This document shows positions 54,591 to 64,000 of a stretch of 64,000 nt of DNA, piece by piece; within the stretch, counting starts at the first letter, position 1, and every line of letters begins with the position of its first letter. Both the position numbers and the translations under genes were made by a program. The stretch covers positions 265,980,001 through 266,044,000 of the forward strand of contig OZ024743.1 in assembly GCA_964016885.1 (NCBI GenBank). The letters are read 5' to 3'. Source of the stretch: Eledone cirrhosa (Eukaryota). The notes beneath the pieces are model-generated. The model was not told the origin of the DNA. It worked only from the letters and a program-made list of their open reading frames with translations, and made no database searches.

Positions 54591-56540
54591 AGCATGTCAA
54601 TATATATATATATATGTCTACTCGCCAGACTTATTCACTAAGTAGACATTTCTCGGATATATTTCTAATTTTGTCTTTCTATCGGGCAAGAAATGTTATT
54701 TTTTCATTAAATGCTCCAATTTCAGAAGCGTAGGCTTCATGATGAAGAGGCTGATTCATTAGGTATGCTCATTCTAACGTATCTAATGTAGTGAACAAAG
54801 AAATTATAAATCAATTACATTTACCTTTCCCGTGAATTTAGCAAACATATGCTCAGAGACGAAGTTTGTTCGTGAATTTGTGTCAAGCCAAGGGTGATAA
54901 GATTTAAATTTTACACAACTTCAATTAGAATTAATCATGCAATGAGGAAATGAAAACAATAGCTTGGGGGACTATTATTACTTGAATCTGATTTTTGCGA
55001 AGCACGGTGATAACAATTTGTTTTTGTTATAATAGACATCGTCAACAAAACTCAAATCTTTCGAATGATGACTCCAGCTTAAAATAATATTTGCTCCATG
55101 TTGTACTCTGTACTGTACCGACCTTGATAGTTTTCAATAGTATATCAGATTTAGTTTCATTTTTATTTGTTTCTATGAGAGTAGTTTACTTGCCAATTGT
55201 TAAATCCTCATCATTTCTGGGGGAAAAAAAGGTATTGCGCGTAGGTAGTCAATAATGTTTTCCCCGCGTCACGTAGTCAATCCCGAAATAATTAATAAGA
55301 GAAAGAAAGAGCGAAAAACTAACCCAAGTTTATGATTGATTTGTGCTGCATCCATCGACACCATATACAACAAACGCAAAACTGTTTTCTTGAGATTTGA
55401 ACGCATATCGTTGAACCTTTAAAACTTTAATGATAGAACCAATGCAAAGAAAATGTTGGTTTTGCAGGGCAGCCTTGTAAGTGTTTGACGGTCAGATATC
55501 TAGTCATAAGATATATGATTTGTTATTGCTCTTGTTTTGGCACAAGTTAACCGAAGTGAACATATCTATGACCAAATTTGATCATGCAGAACCTATTCCT
55601 GGCCATATATCAACTATTTTATGATCGAGTGTGTACTTCCCGTTTTAAGAGAGTAGGGTGAATTTGAAGGATATTTGGTTGCTCCTACTAACAGGTCAAG
55701 CATCCGCTGTAAAGGCTTAGTTGTTGACTCGCTGTGCATTTATTTTGAATTTATGGTGTATATGAGAATAACGAAAGAAGACAAACACACTGAAGTAAAG
55801 AATAATAATAAGGTAAAAATGGGAGGTATGTAAGTATGTGTGCGTGTGTGTGAGAGCAGGAGGAGGAGGGGAGAAAGAGGTTGAGAGAGTGAGAGTGAGA
55901 AAGGGATACACAGAAGACATGTGTGTGTGAGCGAGAGAAATGAAGAGATTGAAAGAGTGAAGGAGAATCAGAAATTGAGATTAATGTATGTATGTAGTGA
56001 ATGAGGAAAAGAGGGATAGACAGCAACTTTCATAAAACAGTAAATGTTTACTATCCAATCACTAATGTCTTGTATAGCCAATCATTTGATTATTGTTGCC
56101 AACTTCGTAATGCTCCTCATCATCATCATGAACAACAGCAGCTCCATCACCCACTTTAGCTTTATGCCATCATATTTTAATATCATCATCATTAATCTCA
56201 TTATACACATCACACACAGCAACATCATCACTATCATCGTCATCATTATTTCCATAATACTATCACTACTAGCAATGCATCAGTGAATTGGAATAGGTGA
56301 AACCGTAGACAATTCTAAATGTAAGAATATAATATCGCATGCTATGTCGGAGTATACTAAGAGAGAGAGAGATATATAGAGACAGGGGGGAGAGAGAGGG
56401 ATGAGAGAGAGAGGGAGTGTGAAAGAAAGAAGAGACAGTATGAACCGTTAGATATGCGTACATTTATTAATCTATGTCATGTAATTCTAATAAATCTTTT
56501 ATTGCAATTTATTCATTTTGTTTTTTTTGCTATATTGCAG

Positions 56541-56665
56541 AATACAGTCATGTTCTTGGCTCCTTTCCACGACTAAGAACCAAGTGGTTCGACTAGAAAT
56601 TATGTACGCTGATTTTCCAATAGAATCGCAATGCGTTGCAAAAGCTTATTTGGCGGTTTATGATG
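56541..56665 (+). CDS. CUB-domain protein exon (middle third of CUB repeat n+1)
   Basis: ttgcag acceptor and gtatgt donor; (R)IQSCSWLLSTTKNQVVRLEIMYADFPIESQCVAKAYLAVYDG; 125 nt, phase 2 to 1, the same size and phase as 8205-8329. Confidence 0.9.
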
Positions 56666-58190
56666 GTATGTATCTACATTTGTTAATAGTATAGTACATT
56701 TTTCGTCGTTTATTTTTACAAAGGAGAAACAATTTTTGACCAATATCGTATTAAACGAATACAATTACCCGCTGTTCGTCCCAGGAAATCAACAAATTAG
56801 AATCACCTCCAGCATAGTATTATGATGATACCATTCTTGCCAATTCTTTTTAAATTTCTCATCATCTTTAAAATATGGTCCCCAATCTCGAAGAAGTGTC
56901 TGATAAAATTATCAGTATGTTCTTACGATTCAGTTATTTGACGCGGCGAGGTTGAATAATTAAAGAGTACACTTCGCAATCATTAGGCTCAGGATTCGAT
57001 CATAGTTCGTGGCATCTTGATCAAGTATCATTTGTCATATCTACGAGTTGAACCGAACTATGTGTGAGAAATTTGGGTGACGAAATATATTTTGAAAACC
57101 GTTGCATGGGCAGTGTGCTTAATTGAAAGAGGAAGCCATGTTCCACACTCTGTCAAACTAAACGTGGCCGAAAGTTAACTTAAAGATAAGCAGGCTGGAA
57201 TACAAATCGGCAAAACTAACGGAGGTCCGCTTAATTGTGTTGAGCTAAACGAAACTTCAATCTATTTGAGAATATAAATGCAATTTGTAGAAAACATTCC
57301 TCGCAAGGATTTTGAAATATAAAACGAATTGGCATGGAAGATGTATTTACGATTATTAGTTGTTTAAAATTTGTTTATAATATAATAATGTTCTTCTGTT
57401 ATAAGTATATAAATAAATAAATACATAAATAAATAAATAAATAAATAAATAAATGGGTATATCATGTTATAGATAATTGATCTAATGAGTTATGAGGGAT
57501 ATTTGTTTTGTATTTAATGTAAATAAATATTAAGTTAAATAAATTAAATTAACTGAGTTAATAAGAATATTTATACTTATATGATTTAAAATGGGAAGAT
57601 ACGGAAAAAACTTTATTTATTCGTTAGTGTGAGACTATTTAGTCAAATTAAGTATAGATGTTGAAAGATACATTTAGTCAGAATCAGTTAGTGGTTATAA
57701 ATCTATTGAAAAATATTGAAAAAATATTGAGAAAGTATTGAAAAAATATTGAAAAAGTATTGAAAAAATATTGAAAAATTTAAGAAAATTAAAAAAAAAT
57801 AATTAATAAGAGATAAGTAATTTTTAAAGAAATAAAAATTAAAGAAATAAAAATAAAGAAATAAAGATTATTAAAATTAAAATTAAAATAAAAAAAAAGA
57901 TTAGAATTATATATGTATATATATTATGAAACTTTAAGAAGTGGAATTAAACCAAATGTTATATATATTAGGATTTAGAGATATCAATATATTAAAACCA
58001 AGTGGATGAGATTGTTATGGAAATAAGTAGAAATATTATAAGTATAATTATAAGTTATATATAGTTCTGAATGTTGAATTCTGGCGATGTCTACAAAAAT
58101 TAAATAAATTCGTTTCTTTTGATTAATAGAGTTTTTACATTTAAATATGTAAAACATTTCCTCAATACACAATTTATAGAATCTCGATAA

Positions 58191-58250
<60 letters not shown>

Positions 58251-58884
58251 GCATGTGTGTGGGTGTGGGTGGGTGGGGACTGGGGGGCGTGCTTTTGTGT
58301 ATAAGTAACAAGTATTCTGAAGAGGAAAAGAACGGAACCATAGTTAGATAATGTACTCAATGCATTAATAAACAAAGTTTACATATATATCAGTTTGGAC
58401 AGTCACATCAATGAGGACGTCCGATTTGTTTTTTAAATCCTTCAATATAATGGCTGGCCTATTTGCATCTACCTCTCCTTCCGTTAGTTTGAACAGAAAA
58501 GTTCCATAGAAGTGAAATATGGACTTTTTCAAGCACTGGAGATGATCACATTAAACCCAGCATAAGTACATATGTTTTAGCTAACAGATTATTAAAAAGG
58601 CCTCAGAGGATATATTTATTTATTGAAAAGGACTCGAGTAGGAATAGATATGTTTACTTCGTAAATTATATGATGAACATTTATTACTCGTATAGGTTTG
58701 CGAACAGGTATAAAATGATTGGCAGTTGTAGGGGGACTAATTCATAGGTTTTCTCAGTAAATGTAGATACATCAGCATAAGAGATATAAAGGGAGAGACA
58801 AAATGAAGGGGTAGAAAAAAGGAAGAGTGAAAGAGACAGAAGACGAAGAATATAAGGGATATGAGGAGAAAAGGATTGAGAAGA

Positions 58885-59170
58885 TATATTAAAGATGTTA
58901 ACGTGGTACTTTGATAGACACAGAAAATATAAATAAAAAGTATAAGTATATAAAAAATCAATAGATAAATAAATAATCGAAGAGTTACAAAAATGATACA
59001 AATTATATACATACATACATATATATATATATATATGTGTGTGAAATATAATTTGTACCAATTTTGTAACTCTTCGTTTATTTTTTTATCTATTGATTTT
59101 TTATATACTTATACTTTTTATTTATATTTTCTGTGTGTATTAAAGTACCCCGTTGATATATTTAATATAT
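58885..59170. repeat. ~120-bp AT-rich inverted repeat
   Basis: cagaaaatataaataaaaagtataagtatataaaaaatcaatagataaa...gaagagttacaaaa (58921-58993) is mirrored at ~59061-59133. Confidence 0.85.
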
Positions 59171-59187
59171 AATTCGTTAGAAGAAGC

Positions 59188-60080
59188 GGGACTAGCATAG
59201 ACGTGTTGTCTGCCACACCACTAAGAATAGAAACTAGGTAAACAACGGATTTTTTCTCTACACATGGGACAATTTACATAAAATGAGATCAATATCCCCA
59301 CAGGTACTAAGTAGCCTCGGAAATATATAGGGTGTCTAGGATACAGTTGTTGTTCAATGGTATTAATTTGACATACCAGAACTATAACATTGAGATGAGC
59401 GGAACAAGTAAAATTCAAACAATCTTTCAAAATAAATTCAAAAAATATAATTTAAATATTTACTTATCCATATTGCTTTTACCGACGGTTTCGCCTCACG
59501 AAACATTAGAAATCCGAGGGACTTCCAATGGAAAGTTCGGCTCCTCGGAAAGCATTTTCACTTACATAGGACATTAAGTGCCACAGCCAGCAAATATATT
59601 GCTTTCAGCCACCTAGTGCAGGATCGAAAGGAGCTGTAACCGTGAACTACACGTGAAATGGTCGTTAGTAGAATCAGGACTAGCATAGACGCGTTGTCTG
59701 CCACACCACTAAAAATAGCAGCTAGGTAAACAAAGGATGTTTTCTCTACACATGGGAGAATTAACATAAAATGAGATCAATATCCCCACAGGTACTAAGT
59801 ACCCTCGGAAATATATAGGGTGTCTAGGATACAGTTGTTGTTCAACGTATTCATTTGAGATACCAGAACTATAAAATTGAGATAAGCGGAACAAGTAAAA
59901 TTCAAACAATCTTTCAAAATAAATTAAAAAAATATAATATAAATATTTACCTATCCATATTGCTTTTACCGACGGTTTCGCCTCACAAAAGATTGGAAAT
60001 CCGAGGGACTTCAAATGGAAAGTTCGGCTCTTCAGAAAGAATTTTCCCTTACATACGATAATAAGGTCCCACAGCCGGCA
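59188..60080 (+). repeat. Tandem duplication (~400-bp copies, ~490-bp period) of a probable decayed PLE GIY-YIG segment
   Basis: 59188-59592 matches 59677-60080; contains KYIG, RYQNYK and FKWKV remnants; followed by a CT-rich tail and a broken HHR (~60237-60322). Confidence 0.7.
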
Positions 60081-62720
60081 AGATTCTTTAACCCGTGTCT
60101 TCCCACGATGGGACCTGTACACATTTTCTTTCTCCCATTCCTTTCCTATTGTTTTCCCTTCTTCCTCCTTTCCCTCTCTTTCCTTATCTCTCTCCTTTTT
60201 CTCCCCCTTGTTTCCTCTCTTTCTCTCTCCTTTTTCACCTGGCCTTGTGATTAATAATAGGCATCGGGTGCACCCGAACTACACCGATGTCCTGTAATTC
60301 AGCGCCGAAACATCGGTCCAGGAAACATTTACAGCTGACGATGGAAACACCTTTCTTCCTTTCTCTACCTGTTCCGTCCTAATCACCGCCCTAAACCTTG
60401 TTTTTAGTAACCACACAGCTCCTTTCGTTTCATATATATATAAATTATTTATATTATTTTTGTAACTGTTCGTTTATATAGAGACAGACAAATAGGTGAA
60501 ACATTTTATGAGGGACTGTTTGGAAGATAATGGAATTTTATCAATGTATTGAAATAGGAAGGTGGTGGCATTAAAAAGAAGTGTGAAGAAAAGAAAAGAT
60601 GAAACGGTAATTAGACAATTATATGTCGGTTTTGAGCAGTCAAAACTTGGAGTTAAAGGAAATATTGTGTTTCATCAAATGACAAAATATTAAGTAGTTT
60701 CAGAAAAAAAATTATAAAGTTAAAAGAATAGAACTAATTTGTGATAGATTTCTTTATAAGTAATTGTGTATACCATTGAGTGCTATCTGTGTGAATAAAA
60801 ACACAAAAAAACATGAAAAATTAGAAATGAAACAAAACTAAAACAAATAAAGGAAAGCAATTCGAAAACATCACAGAGAATAAGTAAATAAAATGAGAGA
60901 AATGAAACGAAAATGGAAGAGAAATAGTTTTAAGATGAATAGTGTTCAGATAGCAACTTTGAGTTTATCAACATTTTAAATCAAGAAATTATATTCGTCA
61001 ATTGTTTTCATGAATAAGTGTGGAAGATCGAACAAATTACCCCGAGGATATATGTTATATAAGTTTCTACTTCAAACACAAGACACGCAATTTAACAGAG
61101 ATAAAAAGCATTTAAATTGAGTGGAGTAGTTGATTAGTACTTTATTTATCAACCCCTTAAACATGAAAGGAAAATTTGTACTGGGCCATATTTGAACTGA
61201 GAAATTGAAATTAAAATAATTTGGGCCGATATTAACGATTCTGCCAGAGCTAACAGAGCTTGTACGTTATCATATAAATATATTTATAACATTTGTGTGA
61301 AGTGCGATCATTGTGTATGTGTGTATTAAAAGGGAGAAAGAAAAGGACAGAGAAAGAGATGCGTATATGCCAGTCGTCAAAATGTAGTGCCAATGATATC
61401 CAACATGTTGATTCTGACTACGAATTGATATCAGACGCTGCGAGGTTAAACCTTAGAGAAGAGCACACTGGAACACAAGTTATCCTCTTTCGGAGACATT
61501 GTTTATACAATCTGCAGGCATGCTTATGGATTAAGACAGTGAAAACCCCATCCCAGATATCCAGATCTTAGCGAGAAATGGGTACCGTCCGTGAAAAATG
61601 TGATTATAATAAACAGTTGAAGGTTGCCGTGGCATTTGAGAACTTAAATGTTTCCTAAGTAAACTAAAGTCATGGAGGTGATGCCGTGGCGGAGGTGACA
61701 CTATTGTGTCACGTTTGAAAGCAGGGACAACGCTGGGGAGTTCCAGCCGAATATGGTCAAGGATGAACATAAACCCCACATAGTTTAAATGCACAACAAA
61801 TCTCCGATATCCAAATGGCTAAATGGTATTAAGCAGAAGAGCAACCAGGAGTTATGACCCTTCCTTAAAGTGAAAGATGTTAAGCGCCGAAACACCTTGC
61901 ATAAGGGGGGGGGGGACTTCTTCTCTAAGACCCTGAGGTCCAGCTCTCCCGAGAGTTTTTACTCTTAAACAGTGAACAATTAACTATATGATGTGACATC
62001 TAAATTAGCCTACATGCTCCTTTTTATCTCTTTCTATCTTCTTTGTGCATATGTGTATCTCTGTGCATTTGTTTGTATGTACAGACGTACTCTGTGTCAA
62101 TGTATTGTGTGGCAGAACTAATTTAGTATTTCTTCAATGAAATGTCTGAGGCATGCTTCATTTTAAGCAATTAAAAAAAATATTTTCCTCAAACTTGAAT
62201 AGAGGAAATATTTTATCTTCTTTTCAATTTGAAATTATTCTTGGTCTAATATTTCGAAGATATTAACATTTGCATTCAATCTGTGTTTGTAAATTTGAAA
62301 GAGATTCAGTCTTTCCGTTGTAATTTTTTAAGTTAAAATTCCAAAAGACATTTGTATATTCACCACAAACCATTTGACGGCCATTTTATTTTCTCTTCAA
62401 AGACAGAAATTCGCTCTCAAATCAAGGGAATTTTACCACTTCATTTTCTTTTTATATTTTGTGTGAAAAAAGACAAAATGAATAAGAATATAGTGAGATT
62501 TCTGTCGCCATGAATTTTAATAAGAAATAAATGCGAAATGGCGTTGACTTACAAAAGGTTTACCAAAATAGCTTAAACAAATAAGATTGTGTTAAATATG
62601 GTTCGAATTGATTAAATGTCAGATGCGCAACTACATACCATTACACACACACACTCACACACACACATGTACATATATCAATTTTACTCATAACAGATTG
62701 GAGACAAATAACCTTTTAAT

Positions 62721-62779
<59 letters not shown>

Positions 62780-62782
<3 letters not shown>

Positions 62783-63600
62783 CAGTGCTAAGTGACTGGG
62801 GAAGATTTTGCCGGAGAACGAGATCGATATCGATGGAGAACTTATTGATGGCATGATGTCGTAATATGAATGCCTCAGTATTTGTGTTCGAAAAAAATGC
62901 GCTAAGTCGAAACCATTCAACGTGGATATCGGACCCCGCCAATGCCGCATTCTCTGATCGCACCTGTTCATCATATTCATAGACAGGATTGACATGTGCA
63001 GCCGGATTGGAAGTGATATCAAAACTGATGAGTGTAGGACCAGTCGACTGGAATTGAGGGACGACATAGTATTACTTAACTACTATAAAACTGATCTTCG
63101 ACATGGTAATGTTACTGCCGGGTGCGGATGGGGAGCAATATAAATCAGTGCTACAGAGACTGAAAATCTCGTCTTCCTAAGCAAGCCCGTGCAGTGCATT
63201 GTACATGTGAATGGAGTTCCACTGAAGTAGTAGGTGAAAAAGATCATTTACCCCGGGACCGTGTCCACGTGTTATGTATGGCAAAAAACTGGCAGTAATG
63301 CGCCAGCATCAGCATTTGGTCGTCAGCCGAAGAGAGGTAGAAGCTAAGATCGTTATCTTCAGTTCGGTATTCGGAACAGCCCCTGTTTATAGATTTGATT
63401 CTTGAGCATTAAGCGAAAGAATACGATCGCGAATACAACCGGCAAAAATGGGATTCCTCCGAAGTGTCTATGGAGTAACATTTGGTCTCCTTTGTGAATC
63501 CAGCCAGATCAATTACAGACAGTAGCTTCTGAGAGGACTCACTGGAAGGCGTGTTTGAGAATCTGCTACCACCGCCCTCCAAGGAATAAGTTGATGAGGA
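62780..63600 (+). mobile_element. Decayed RTE-type LINE RT fragment
   Basis: SKPFNVDIGPRQCRIL*SHLFIIFIDRI (QG motif region), DDIVLL and ..SERIRSRIQ..; related to 51790-51940. Confidence 0.7.
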
Positions 63601-63880
63601 CGAACTAGAAGAAGATATATATATATATATATATATATATATGGGTGAGTTTTTTACATTCATTTAATTTATTAATTTATTGATATTTTATTTGAGTTAC
63701 CCGAATCTTCCTGGTCGTCCTTTTTCGGCTGCACGGATGATTTTAGGCATGATCTCTATGTGTTGGTATTTTAACGATAGTTATAGCTCTGATTGTTCAC
63801 AATTATTGAGCCCTCTGCCACATATATCGGATATTGTTTATCGTGATTTCGTGGGCTGATATTCCGATTCTCGATTATTC

Positions 63881-63957
<77 letters not shown>

Positions 63958-64000
63958 ATTAAATAAATGGAAACTATATTTATAAAACCATATTTATTTC

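Overview
This is AT-rich, microsatellite-dense animal genomic DNA; the repeat landscape resembles octopus/cephalopod, but that assignment is an inference. The only host gene found is a + strand multi-CUB-domain gene, with four phase-compatible coding exons (8205-8329, 23187-23339, 32697-32787, 56541-56665) separated by 9-24 kb introns. The introns hold a near full-length Tx1/L1-clade LINE with a perfect 22-bp TSD (43723-49546), several Penelope-like elements (PLEs, two with inverted pLTRs), an RTE-like fragment with a twin-priming-type inversion, an internally deleted hATm-like DNA transposon and tRNA-derived SINEs. The most notable unannotated signal is a dense set of type I hammerhead ribozyme (HHR) motifs at PLE ends. 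These include canonical cores, a compensated U3-A8 core (UUGANAA) in three unrelated contexts, a recurrent C4 core (CCGANGA) that may overlap a reading frame, and half-ribozymes stranded in (TA)n tracts. Most ORFs in the supplied track are microsatellite artefacts. No rRNA, true tRNA or CRISPR array was seen.
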